A stretch of 64,000 bases of DNA, taken from an uncultured Bacteroidota bacterium. Lineage in GTDB: Bacteria; Bacteroidota; Bacteroidia; Bacteroidales; GCA-2748055. The stretch spans positions 7,426 to 71,425 of the forward strand of contig CAWANQ010000013.1 of assembly GCA_963783435.1 (NCBI GenBank), in the 5' to 3' direction. Made by a program: the position numbers and the translations under genes. The notes below the pieces were generated by a model. It searched no databases. It was not told the origin of the DNA and saw only the letters and a list, made by a program, of their open reading frames with translations. This document shows, piece after piece, positions 11,762-21,369 of the stretch (position 1 is the first letter of the stretch; each line of letters opens with the position of its first letter).

Positions 11762-14644
11762 TTAGTAAAGGAAAGTAACATCGCCCGTGAGCAACTCCTG
11801 CATTCCGTCCACGTAGGTTACATAGGCTTTATAAACATATACTCCCGGTTGGGCCAGCTCCCCGTTTTTCAGGTATCCATCCCAGCCCACATGTACCTCG
11901 TTGGTCTCCCAAATCATCTCACCCCATCGGGTATAAATCATCATTTTCAGATCAATGGGATTTACCATGTGGGGATGAAATACCGTATTATCGATCACTC
12001 CTTCTGTCCAGTGCCCTCCAGTGGGTCCGGAGCCATTCCATATAAATGCATTGGGGAATTCTGTACTCCCCTCACCTGCTATGATTTCAATAAGTTCATC
12101 GTAGACAATTGTATCGGGACAGCCTTCCGGACTCCATACATAAAGGGTGACTGTATACCTTCCCGAATCGGGGTAAATATGAGCTGGATGTATCTCTTCG
12201 GAGGACGTGCCATCTCCAAACTCCCACCGGTAGCGACCAGCATTGTTGGAACGATTCACAAACTTGAACACCTGTTTTAGATTCCTGGCTTTGGGCGGGT
12301 AGACACCGAACATAGCTGTGGGTCGTTCATGGATCGTAATGGTCCGGTAGGCAGTATCTACACCCGATAATCCGTAAGCAGTTAGTTTCACCCTGTGTAC
12401 TTTGCTCTCCCAGAAACGATGCTCTGGTTCAAAATCGGTAGAATAGGAGCCATCGTCGAAATCCCAGATAAAGGTATCGGCATACTTACTGCTGTTTTTG
12501 AAGGTTATGTCCAGGGGCGGGCAACCCAGGGAGTCGGGTTCAAAGCTTGATACCGGCGGCGGTGGCATAATCTGTATCTGCCTGGTGGTGCTGTCGCGGC
12601 AATAGGGACTAAATATCTTCAGTTCTATATCGTATACGCCCCAGGTATTATAGGAATGCTGGTTGGGTTCCCTGGTGAAATGCGTGCCCCCATCTCCGTA
12701 ATTCCAGTTATACTGCCAGTTCCCACGGGAGCTAAGATTCAAAAGGTATACCACCGTATCGGGGTAATCCTGCAATTCGGGGCTTACAAAGAAATCGGCA
12801 ATGGGGTTGGGATAAACCCGCACGCTGTCGTTGATGGTGTCGGAACATGCATATTCAGTTTCAGCGATCAATTGAATGTAATACACGGTATCGGTATGCT
12901 GCCCCTCCCTCATCGTATCTACTTCGAATTGATAGGTATAGCTTACCTCATTGAGCGGTGAAATGTTTCTTTTGCCATCCCCAAAGTCCCAGATGTAGGT
13001 GGCGGCTCCCTCCTGTGCTTCAAAACTGACCTCTACCGGACTACAAAAATCATCATATTCTGTTTCCAGAGTCATCACCGGCAGGGGATGGACATCCATG
13101 ACAATTGTATCAAAAAGGTCTGCATCACAGGACTTGTTTCCATGGTGCTCAATGACCTTTACAAGGTTATATAGATTCAACCCGGGAACATTGTTCAATA
13201 CAATGGAGTCGAGGCCAATAGAGATTTGATGCAGTGTATCCAGTGTTCCATTTAATTCCAGTACCAGGTCGAAGAGGGAGTTCTCATTGCCAGTGATCAA
13301 ATACCTTCCGTAAGTCTCATTGGAGTCAGTCTCGCACCAGGCTGAATCGGGCGTCAGAAACTGGGCAAATGGGGGCTCCAGCACCTCAATCTCCATGGTG
13401 TCATTTCCAAAACATCCATTGGCATCCGGCTCGGTTTCATAGTTAACCGAATGCCATCCCAGTCCGGCTACAGCTGGGTCAAATATGCCCGTGGAAGCAT
13501 CGGTGACCCCGGTACCACTCCAGTTTCCCAGGGGAGTGGCAGCTTCCAGGTCATAAGGCGCATCATAGATGCAGAAAGGATCCACCGGGAGAATGGCTCC
13601 TACCGGTCCGGGTCTCACCACCACCTCAATGGTGTCATATCCCGTGCAAGAGTTTCCATCAACAATCAGGTAGGAGATGGAGTGGGGCCCTATTCCTGCA
13701 ATACCTGGGGAAAACTCTCCGGTGGATGGATTTACAATTCCTTCTCCGGTCCAGGTTCCTCCTCCTGTTGCAGCGGTCATAATGATATTTGGCTCATCCA
13801 GGCATAGGGTGTCCACGGGATCGATGGTGGCGTCGGGTTTGGGCACGATCCTGATAACGGAACGGTCGGTAACGGGTTCATGGGTAGGCCAGGGATTGCA
13901 ATAGTTCCAATACCTGAGCTCCACTTCAAACTCCTGTCCCACCAATTTATCATCTGCCACCGAAATGGGGAGGCTTACCTCGCCGGAACCCGTCACGGGA
14001 CCCGTGAGCTCGATAACAGGACCTTCAAACTCGGTAACCCATTCCGCTCCATTTACCCGCACTGCTGCTCCGGTCATGGTGTTGCGCGTTCCATAAACCC
14101 ATTGTATCCAACGGGTTTTTGTGTTGGGGACATCTCTCTCCTGGGGAGGGACGCAATTAAAGCGGGTGTCATCATTAAAACGCATGGTGGCCCCCTCGCC
14201 CACACAAATGGGATATACATTTGGGGAGGCATTTACCCGTCCCCCATTGTGGTCGTCATCATCCCACACAGTTACAATCTGTTCCTGTATGGAAGAGGTA
14301 CACTCCACTCCATCTACTACCAGGGTTGCCTGGGGATGGTAGTTGCACTTATCTTCCTCAGATGCATAGGTGTGATTGGCTGTGACAGAAAAGACACTTA
14401 TGCTGTCTTCAGAGGCAGTGAGTGTTTCGGTATCTCCATCATCCCAGTCTATGTAAATCTCAACCAATTTACCAGCGTCATTTACACCCACATAGGTCAC
14501 TATCCAGGTAACCACCTCCACCGGTGAACAGAATTGATCCGGATTGATGTCATTGGCTTTGGACAGAATGTTGCAATCCTGGGCAAAACCATTGCCCGAG
14601 ATCATGGCTGTCAATACGATATAGAGGAGCCAAAAGGGCCTCAT
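11762..14644 (-). CDS. PKD-domain repeat protein with a T9SS type-B (gliding-motility-associated) C-terminal domain
   Basis: 960 aa with a signal peptide. Several PKD-like units are present (WDFGDG, WNYGDGG, WDFDDGS, WEFGDGTSS). The C-terminus FPNAFIWNGSG...FHP...IYTRWGEMIWETN...GWDGY...GVYVYKAYVTY matches the type-B sorting domain pattern. Confidence 0.75.
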   Translation of the reverse strand: MRPFWLLYIVLTAMISGNGFAQDCNILSKANDINPDQFCSPVEVVTWIVTYVGVNDAGKLVEIYIDWDDGDTETLTASEDSISVFSVTANHTYASEEDKCNYHPQATLVVDGVECTSSIQEQIVTVWDDDDHNGGRVNASPNVYPICVGEGATMRFNDDTRFNCVPPQERDVPNTKTRWIQWVYGTRNTMTGAAVRVNGAEWVTEFEGPVIELTGPVTGSGEVSLPISVADDKLVGQEFEVELRYWNYCNPWPTHEPVTDRSVIRIVPKPDATIDPVDTLCLDEPNIIMTAATGGGTWTGEGIVNPSTGEFSPGIAGIGPHSISYLIVDGNSCTGYDTIEVVVRPGPVGAILPVDPFCIYDAPYDLEAATPLGNWSGTGVTDASTGIFDPAVAGLGWHSVNYETEPDANGCFGNDTMEIEVLEPPFAQFLTPDSAWCETDSNETYGRYLITGNENSLFDLVLELNGTLDTLHQISIGLDSIVLNNVPGLNLYNLVKVIEHHGNKSCDADLFDTIVMDVHPLPVMTLETEYDDFCSPVEVSFEAQEGAATYIWDFGDGKRNISPLNEVSYTYQFEVDTMREGQHTDTVYYIQLIAETEYACSDTINDSVRVYPNPIADFFVSPELQDYPDTVVYLLNLSSRGNWQYNWNYGDGGTHFTREPNQHSYNTWGVYDIELKIFSPYCRDSTTRQIQIMPPPPVSSFEPDSLGCPPLDITFKNSSKYADTFIWDFDDGSYSTDFEPEHRFWESKVHRVKLTAYGLSGVDTAYRTITIHERPTAMFGVYPPKARNLKQVFKFVNRSNNAGRYRWEFGDGTSSEEIHPAHIYPDSGRYTVTLYVWSPEGCPDTIVYDELIEIIAGEGSTEFPNAFIWNGSGPTGGHWTEGVIDNTVFHPHMVNPIDLKMMIYTRWGEMIWETNEVHVGWDGYLKNGELAQPGVYVYKAYVTYVDGMQELLTGDVTFLY

Positions 14645-14663
14645 TCAATTGATTTAGTTTATA

Positions 14664-15950
14664 TTAATAGTCATTAATATCCCAATTGCCACGAAATGGT
14701 CTGATAACCATTCGATTGGCATCTTCGTCGTCAATAAATTGTTCATGTGATGGGGACCACTTCAGAGGTCGCTCCAGATCGTATGCCATATTGACGATGT
14801 TACAAAGCGATGCAGTCCTGTGGCCGGTCTCCACATCAGAAATGGGACGGGTGCGGTTTTTCATGGCATCTACCCAGTCCTGATAATGGCCCACACTTCG
14901 GTAAAGGGGGGTGTCATTTCCCTTTAGCTCCAACTCAGTAAGACCGGCAATGTCGGAACGGTAGAAACTACGGCTTACTTCAATTTTTCCTTCAGAACCT
15001 AAAAATTGCACTGCATTGTTCTCTCCCCAGTCTACATGGTTCATTGCGATTCCGCTGGCATACTTCATTTGTAAGCCTCGTGTTGCCCGGTTCTCGGGGG
15101 GGATAAACTCCACAGGACCCGATTGATCCATTCCCAGACCCCATTGGGCAATATCAAACATATGCGCACCCCAATCGGTAATACCTCCACCACCAAAGTC
15201 GCGATACCGCCTCCATTGTGGCCAGCCCCTGTACTCAATGGGAGGAGAGAGCTCCTCGTTATACCCTCTGAACATGGAGGGACCTACCCAGAGGTCCCAG
15301 TTCAGATAGTCCGGAACCGGCTGGGCAATCAGTTCACATGCCATTACCGGATCACCCACATTTACATTGACCTCCCTGACATCTCCTATGTATCCATTGG
15401 AAACCATTTCACAAGCATGTCTGAAATTAGGCCAGGAACGTTGCATGTTGCCTGTTTGAAAAACGCGATTGTATTTTCGGGTGGCATTGACCATGGCCCG
15501 CCCTTCTCCCACGGTTAGTGCCATGGGTTTCTCGCAGTAGATGTCTTTTCCGGCTTTTGCTGCATCCACAGCCATCATAGCGTGCCAGTGGTCGGGAGCC
15601 ACTATAACCACTGCATCAATATCTTTTCTTTCCAGGAGTTCGCGATAGTTCTCATAGGAATCCACCACCTGATTTCCACCCTCCAGTTTTGCACTGTTGG
15701 CCTTTTCGGCCTCTTTTACGAAACGAACCAGTTTTTTCTGATCCACATCACAGGCCGCAAGAATCATGGTTTCGGGGCAGGCAGATATATTTTTCATCAA
15801 TCCGATACTCTGTTTTCCCACACCAATAAATCCCAGGTTAATCCGGTCGTTTGCGGAAAGATTTCCCGCTCCTCCCATCAGGTGTCTGGGGAGTATGGTA
15901 ATGGCTCCTGTGGCAATGGCTGACTTAGTGATAAAATCTCTTCGTTTCAT
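14664..15950 (-). CDS. Gfo/Idh/MocA family oxidoreductase with a twin-arginine signal
   Basis: 428 aa. The TAT-like N-terminus is MKRRDFITKSAIATGAITILP. The Rossmann motif is GFIGVGKQ. Confidence 0.7.
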   Translation of the reverse strand: MKRRDFITKSAIATGAITILPRHLMGGAGNLSANDRINLGFIGVGKQSIGLMKNISACPETMILAACDVDQKKLVRFVKEAEKANSAKLEGGNQVVDSYENYRELLERKDIDAVVIVAPDHWHAMMAVDAAKAGKDIYCEKPMALTVGEGRAMVNATRKYNRVFQTGNMQRSWPNFRHACEMVSNGYIGDVREVNVNVGDPVMACELIAQPVPDYLNWDLWVGPSMFRGYNEELSPPIEYRGWPQWRRYRDFGGGGITDWGAHMFDIAQWGLGMDQSGPVEFIPPENRATRGLQMKYASGIAMNHVDWGENNAVQFLGSEGKIEVSRSFYRSDIAGLTELELKGNDTPLYRSVGHYQDWVDAMKNRTRPISDVETGHRTASLCNIVNMAYDLERPLKWSPSHEQFIDDEDANRMVIRPFRGNWDINDY

Positions 15951-15972
15951 AGTTAATAATTACGGGGTTTGA

Positions 15973-16455
15973 TTAGTATAGGATTTTCCCTTCCATGCGG
16001 TCCCATTCATCCAGCAAACGGTGCATATCCGTGGTGGTGATCAGGGTGGTGTTTATCTCTCTTTCTTCTGACGACCTGGCAAATTCCTCATAGAGGTGTT
16101 TGTCCATGAAACCAATGCGTTCGGCTACCTGCCGTCCGGCGCAAAAATATACTTCTCTGATATCGGCCCAATAGATGGCTCCCAGACACATGGGACAGGG
16201 TTCGAAATTGGTATAGATGGTGGCACCTGTCAGGTGATGATCCTGCAGATGGGCGGAGGCATTTCGAATGGCATTTACTTCTGCATGTGCCGAAGGATCG
16301 TGAGATTTGAGCACCGTATTGTGGCCCTTCCCCAGGATTTTACCATCCCTTACAATAAGAGCTCCAAACGGTCCCCCATCTCCAGCTCTCATTCCAGCCT
16401 TTGCCTCTTCTACAGCCAGCTTAAGAAACGCTAAATGATCCATCTTTTCCTTCAT
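15973..16455 (-). CDS. Guanine deaminase / CDA-fold nucleoside deaminase
   Basis: Zinc-binding motifs HAEVNAIRNA and PCPMCLGAIYW are present. The layout resembles small GuaD-type deaminases. I chose the start at MKEKMDHLAF rather than the longer hydrophobic extension of the ORF. Confidence 0.7.
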   Translation of the reverse strand: MKEKMDHLAFLKLAVEEAKAGMRAGDGGPFGALIVRDGKILGKGHNTVLKSHDPSAHAEVNAIRNASAHLQDHHLTGATIYTNFEPCPMCLGAIYWADIREVYFCAGRQVAERIGFMDKHLYEEFARSSEEREINTTLITTTDMHRLLDEWDRMEGKILY

Positions 16456-16532
16456 ACGTATAAATGTAAAGATTGTTATTTTAATTATATTGCAAATACA
16501 TATTATGAACACCAAACCCTAGCAACTTTACA

Positions 16533-18968
16533 ATGAAATACGGCCATTTTGACGATAATAACAGAGAATATGTAATCACCAATCCCAAAACCCCCTATCC
16601 ATGGATCAACTACCTGGGATGCGAAGAGTTCTTTTCCATCATAACCAATACAGCCGGAGGATACAGTTTTTATAAAGATGCAAGGTTGAGAAGGCTTACC
16701 AGATACAGGTACAACAACGTGCCCGTGGATGATGGAGGAAAGTATTTCTATATCAATGAGAATGGAAAGGTTTGGTCCCCCGGATGGAAACCTGTTAAAA
16801 CCGAACTCGATTCCTATGAATGCAGGCATGGCATGGGATACAGCATTGTAAAAGGTGAGTTAGACCAGCTGGAGGCAGAGGTGCTTTATATGGTTCCCGT
16901 GGGTTACCGGGGTGAGATACAAAGGGTTAAATTGACCAACAAAAGCAATCGAAAGCGTTCATTTTCACTCTTTTCATTTGTGGAGTGGTGCCTCTGGGAT
17001 GCCCTGGAGGATAATACCAATTTCCAACGTAATTTCTCTACCGGACAGGTAGAGATTGTGGATTCGACCATCTACCATAAAACCGAGTACCGCGAACGTC
17101 GGGATCATTATGCCTTTTACACTGTGAACAGCAAGGTAGACGGACTGGATACCGACCGTGAAGCATTTGTGGGATTGTACAATGGCTTTGATGCTCCTGA
17201 TGCCGTGATGGAGTGCAAATCACGCAACTCCCATGCCTATGGTTGGTCTCCCATTGCTTCCCACCACCTGCAGATTGATCTTGAGCCTGGTGAGGAGAAG
17301 CAGCTTGTGTTTTTACTGGGATATGTGGAGGTTCCCGTAGCAGATAAATTTGTTGGTCCGCAGATTATCAATAAGGCTCCTGCCGAAGAGATGATGGCTA
17401 AGTTCCAGACAGCGGCCGATGTGGACCGGGCATTTGATGAGCTGGCTGCATTCTGGGATAATCTGCTCTCGGTATACCAGGTGGAGCACCCCGAAGAAGA
17501 ACTGAACAGGGCCGTAAATATCTGGAACCAATACCAGTGCATGGTCACCTTTAACTTTAGCCGAAGTGCCTCTTTTTTTGAATCTGGAATTGGAAGGGGC
17601 ATGGGATTCAGAGATTCCAACCAGGACCTGATCGGTTTCGTTCACCAGGTACCGGAAAGGGCCCGGAAGCGTATTATCGACATAGCCTCCACCCAGTTTG
17701 AGGATGGATCAGCTTACCATCAATATCAACCCCTGACCAAAAAGGGGAATGATGCCGTGGGAAGTAATTTTAATGACGATCCCCTCTGGTTAATCCTCTC
17801 AACCGATGAGTACATTAAGGAGACGGGCGACTGGGGCATTCTGGATGAAATGGTTCCCTTTGATAACGACGAGTCCAATACGGCCAGCCTCTTTGAACAT
17901 GTAAAGAGATCGTTCTACCATGTGGTACATAATCTGGGTCCCCACAAGTTACCCTTGATTGGGCGGGCCGACTGGAACGACTGTCTGAACCTCAACTGTT
18001 TCTCAGATACGCCGGGTGAGTCCTTTCAGACCACTGAAAACATGGAGGGTGGAGTGGCCGAATCGGTTTTTATTGCAGGCATGTTTGTACTCTACGGAGA
18101 TGCATTTGTGAAGCTCTGCCAGAAACGCGGACTAAACGCAGAAGCAGAGGAGGCTGGCAGACATATCGAAGCCATGAAAAAGGTGGTGGATCAGCATGGA
18201 TGGGACGGGGAGTGGTTTATTCGTGCCTATGATCACTTTGGTGAGAAGGTGGGAAGCGACGAGCGGGAGGAAGGGAAGATTTTTATTGAATCCCAGGGGA
18301 TGTGTATCATGGCAGGTATTGGCCTTGAAGATGGCCGGGCGAGAAAGGCACTGGATTCGGTGAAGGAGAGGCTGGACTGTGACTATGGAATTGTATTGAA
18401 TAATCCTGCTTTTACCAGCTATATCATGAAGTATGGCGAAATTAGTTCTTACCCGGAAGGGTATAAAGAAAATGCAGGGATCTTCTGTCACAACAATCCC
18501 TGGATCATGATCGCAGAGACTCTTGCAGGGAATGGAGACGCTGCATGGGATTATTTCCGGAAAATCTGTCCACCCTATCTGGAGGAGATCAGTGATCTTC
18601 ATAAAACGGAACCCTATGTCTATTCCCAGATGATTGCAGGGAAGGATGCACAAAAGCCAGGAGAAGCCAAAAACAGTTGGCTTACGGGGACGGCAGCCTG
18701 GAATTTTTATGCCATTTCACAGTACATCCTGGGGGTAAGGCCCGATTTTGAGGGATTACTTATCAATCCTGTGATCCCTAAAGATTGGAGCGGGTATAAA
18801 GTAAGCCGTAAATTCAGAGGGGCCACCTACAAAATTGAAGTGAGCAATCCCAAAGCGGTATCTTGCGGGATCAAGGAGATCCTGTTTAATGACGAGAAGC
18901 TGGAAGGAAACCTGTTGCCCCTTTGTGAAGAGGGAAGCCTCAATGAAGTGAAGGTGGTTTTGGGTTGA
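16533..18968 (+). CDS. GH94 disaccharide phosphorylase (cellobiose/chitobiose phosphorylase family)
   Basis: 811 aa. The N-terminus [29 protein letters not shown] and the length are typical of cellobiose phosphorylase. [10 protein letters not shown] and [14 protein letters not shown] motifs are present. Confidence 0.8.
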   Translation: MKYGHFDDNNREYVITNPKTPYPWINYLGCEEFFSIITNTAGGYSFYKDARLRRLTRYRYNNVPVDDGGKYFYINENGKVWSPGWKPVKTELDSYECRHGMGYSIVKGELDQLEAEVLYMVPVGYRGEIQRVKLTNKSNRKRSFSLFSFVEWCLWDALEDNTNFQRNFSTGQVEIVDSTIYHKTEYRERRDHYAFYTVNSKVDGLDTDREAFVGLYNGFDAPDAVMECKSRNSHAYGWSPIASHHLQIDLEPGEEKQLVFLLGYVEVPVADKFVGPQIINKAPAEEMMAKFQTAADVDRAFDELAAFWDNLLSVYQVEHPEEELNRAVNIWNQYQCMVTFNFSRSASFFESGIGRGMGFRDSNQDLIGFVHQVPERARKRIIDIASTQFEDGSAYHQYQPLTKKGNDAVGSNFNDDPLWLILSTDEYIKETGDWGILDEMVPFDNDESNTASLFEHVKRSFYHVVHNLGPHKLPLIGRADWNDCLNLNCFSDTPGESFQTTENMEGGVAESVFIAGMFVLYGDAFVKLCQKRGLNAEAEEAGRHIEAMKKVVDQHGWDGEWFIRAYDHFGEKVGSDEREEGKIFIESQGMCIMAGIGLEDGRARKALDSVKERLDCDYGIVLNNPAFTSYIMKYGEISSYPEGYKENAGIFCHNNPWIMIAETLAGNGDAAWDYFRKICPPYLEEISDLHKTEPYVYSQMIAGKDAQKPGEAKNSWLTGTAAWNFYAISQYILGVRPDFEGLLINPVIPKDWSGYKVSRKFRGATYKIEVSNPKAVSCGIKEILFNDEKLEGNLLPLCEEGSLNEVKVVLG

Positions 18969-18970
18969 TC

Positions 18971-20140
18971 TTATAGCGATTTATTGTGGTCAATTAAATC
19001 ATTAATGGCTTCAACTGATGCCGCCGAATGAAGCTTGTCCTCGGGGGTATTCTGGCAATAATCCACCAGCTGAGCGATGGTAGAGGTGGCCACATGCATC
19101 CGCGTGTCGGAGGAGGCATAATAGATATATACCGTGCCATCTTCATCTGCAATCCATCCATTGGTAAAGAGTACATTGGATACATCCCCCACGCGCTCTT
19201 CCTTCAGGGGGCCCATAAACATTCCTGAGGGTTTGTGGATTACCCTGGAAGGGTCGTCCAGTGCTGTCATAAACAGATAGAGGGTATATCGCAAGCCTGC
19301 AGCGCAATTCCTTACTCCATGGGCCAGGTTCAGCCATCCTTGTTCTGTTTTAATGGGTGCCGGTCCCTGCCCATTCTTCAATTCATAGATGGTGTGGTAG
19401 GTTTTGGCATCCACAATCTGCTCTTCCTTCACTTCTGCATTTACCATAGAATCGGACAGGCCAAAGGCAATGCCTCCCCCTTTGCCGGTATCGATGAAGC
19501 CATCCTGGGGACGGGTATAAAAGGCATATTTACCATTTATAAATTCGGGGTGCAGCACCACATTGCGTTGCTGTCCCCCATAGGTGATCAGGTCGGGTAA
19601 GCGTTCCCACTCCACCAGGTCCTTTGTTCGGGCAATCCCGGCTGCCGCAACCGCACTGCTGGTATCCCAATCAGGAGCGTTGGGATCTTTTCGTTCGGTA
19701 CAGAAGACTCCATAGACATAGCCATCTTCATGTTCGGTCAGTCGCATGTCATATACATTGGTATCGGGTTCGGCTGTTTGGGGGAGGGTCAGCGGACGCT
19801 CCCAGAACCTGAAGTTGTCTAAACCATTGGGACTCTCGGCTATGGCAAAAAAAGATTTGCGGTCATATCCCTCACACCTCACCGCAAGCAGGTATTTTCC
19901 TTTCCACTTCAGGGCTCCTGCATTAAAGGCCGCATTGAAACTGATACGTTCCATAAAGTAGGGATTGGATTTTGGATTGAAGTCGTACCTCCACTCCATG
20001 GGGAAGTGATCCCTGGTTAGAACCGGGAACTCATACCGGTTGAATATCCCGTTGGTGCTGTATAGTTTGATGTTCTCTTTTGTGAGGAATTCCTCGTGTT
20101 CTTTTTTGATAAAATCTTTGCGTTCCTGAAATAGGGTCAT
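18971..20140 (-). CDS. GH130 4-O-beta-D-mannosyl-D-glucose phosphorylase-like
   Basis: 389 aa. The N-terminal region KKEHEEFLTKEN...NGIFNRYEFPVLTRDHFP and the length match the Bacteroides fragilis/Ruminococcus albus MGP type. The gene lies in an operon with an AGE-family epimerase and a symporter. Confidence 0.75.
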   Translation of the reverse strand: MTLFQERKDFIKKEHEEFLTKENIKLYSTNGIFNRYEFPVLTRDHFPMEWRYDFNPKSNPYFMERISFNAAFNAGALKWKGKYLLAVRCEGYDRKSFFAIAESPNGLDNFRFWERPLTLPQTAEPDTNVYDMRLTEHEDGYVYGVFCTERKDPNAPDWDTSSAVAAAGIARTKDLVEWERLPDLITYGGQQRNVVLHPEFINGKYAFYTRPQDGFIDTGKGGGIAFGLSDSMVNAEVKEEQIVDAKTYHTIYELKNGQGPAPIKTEQGWLNLAHGVRNCAAGLRYTLYLFMTALDDPSRVIHKPSGMFMGPLKEERVGDVSNVLFTNGWIADEDGTVYIYYASSDTRMHVATSTIAQLVDYCQNTPEDKLHSAASVEAINDLIDHNKSL

Positions 20141-20151
20141 CTTTATTGCAG

Positions 20152-21360
20152 TTATGGGTTATTTTGATCAATTCTTCTGATTAGTTCCATGCAAGCCCTT
20201 CCATTGTGGTAGGGACATTTCCAAAATCCAGCTTTCTCCTTGGTGGTCTGAGGTGTACCTTTCCGGTCCACACTCCAGTACCACTCGCCATATTTGGAGT
20301 CCACCAGCTTATTCTTAATAAACTCCCACGATCCCAGTGCCTTTATAGCGAAATCCTTTTCTCCCGACAGCTGGTAAGCATTAAAATAGCCCACCATGGC
20401 TTCTGCCTGGGGCCACCAGTGTTTGTCTGAATCAAGCTTGATTTCCGTTGGAAAAAACTCATAAAACAGACCCCCGTCCGTATCCAATCCCTGTAAGTTA
20501 TCCCTGGCCATTTTTACAGCCAGATTGGCCGTCAACTTTAGCAGTTCAGGTTTCCCAAGAATCTCTGCTGCTTCATGCAGCAACCAGGCACACTCAATAT
20601 CATGACCATAGGAGACCAGATTTGATTTAAGCGTCCAGTTTTCATCGAAGAAGAGGTTTAGGTGATGGGTCAAAGGATCTACAAAGCGATCCAGGAAGAG
20701 TAGAATGAGCTTTTCCAGGGCTAATTCCAGACGGGGATACTTCCAGGTCCTGTAGAGATTGGTGTATGCCTCCAGGATATGGAGGTGGGTATTCATGGTT
20801 TTACTTTCGTTGTCATCTTTCTCGCTGAGTCGAAGATCCTCCACGGGTTTCCATTCCCTGTTCAAAGCCTCTGTATAACCTCCTTTTTTCCGGTCCAGGG
20901 CATGCTCTTCAATTTGTTGAAACAGGGAAATGGCAGCCTCCAGCGCATCCTTATCTCCCGTGGCCATGTGGTATTCTGTCATGGCATAGATGGTAAAGGC
21001 AAGGGCATAGATCTGTTTTCGGGAAGCTGAAACATTGCCCAAAAAATCCAATTCCCAGTATACCCCGCCATATTCTCTATCGATGAAGTGGTCGAGGATA
21101 TAGTGATAGGCCCGTTGGGCCATCTCCAGGTAGGCAGCTTCGGGATACATTCTGTGGGCAGCAGCAAAGGTCCATAAGATGCGGGTATTCATGATGGCTC
21201 CTTTGGGTGCTTTCTCATGGGGCACATTGAAATGGCTCACTTCTCCGTGAAATCCCCCGTAATTCCGATCGGGGGTATACTTCATCCAGTAGAGAAGGAT
21301 ATTTCCTTTCAATTCTGCCTCCAGTTCTTTTCGAAATTGCCCAATACGATCTATGTTCAT
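20152..21360 (-). CDS. AGE-superfamily epimerase, probably cellobiose 2-epimerase
   Basis: 402 aa with the pattern of N-acylglucosamine 2-epimerase family alpha/alpha barrels (YGGFHGEV, GGVYWELD, GHDIECAWLL, FWKCPYHNGRA). The gene context with GH130 supports the call. Confidence 0.7.
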   Translation of the reverse strand: MNIDRIGQFRKELEAELKGNILLYWMKYTPDRNYGGFHGEVSHFNVPHEKAPKGAIMNTRILWTFAAAHRMYPEAAYLEMAQRAYHYILDHFIDREYGGVYWELDFLGNVSASRKQIYALAFTIYAMTEYHMATGDKDALEAAISLFQQIEEHALDRKKGGYTEALNREWKPVEDLRLSEKDDNESKTMNTHLHILEAYTNLYRTWKYPRLELALEKLILLFLDRFVDPLTHHLNLFFDENWTLKSNLVSYGHDIECAWLLHEAAEILGKPELLKLTANLAVKMARDNLQGLDTDGGLFYEFFPTEIKLDSDKHWWPQAEAMVGYFNAYQLSGEKDFAIKALGSWEFIKNKLVDSKYGEWYWSVDRKGTPQTTKEKAGFWKCPYHNGRACMELIRRIDQNNP

Positions 21361-21369
21361 TCCAGCCTT

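Noticed and set aside
16455-16515. N-terminal 20-aa extension of the deaminase ORF ([20 protein letters not shown])
   Set aside because: This is a hydrophobic, AT-rich translation of promoter DNA. Homologous small guanine deaminases begin near MDHLAFLK, so the internal Met was preferred.
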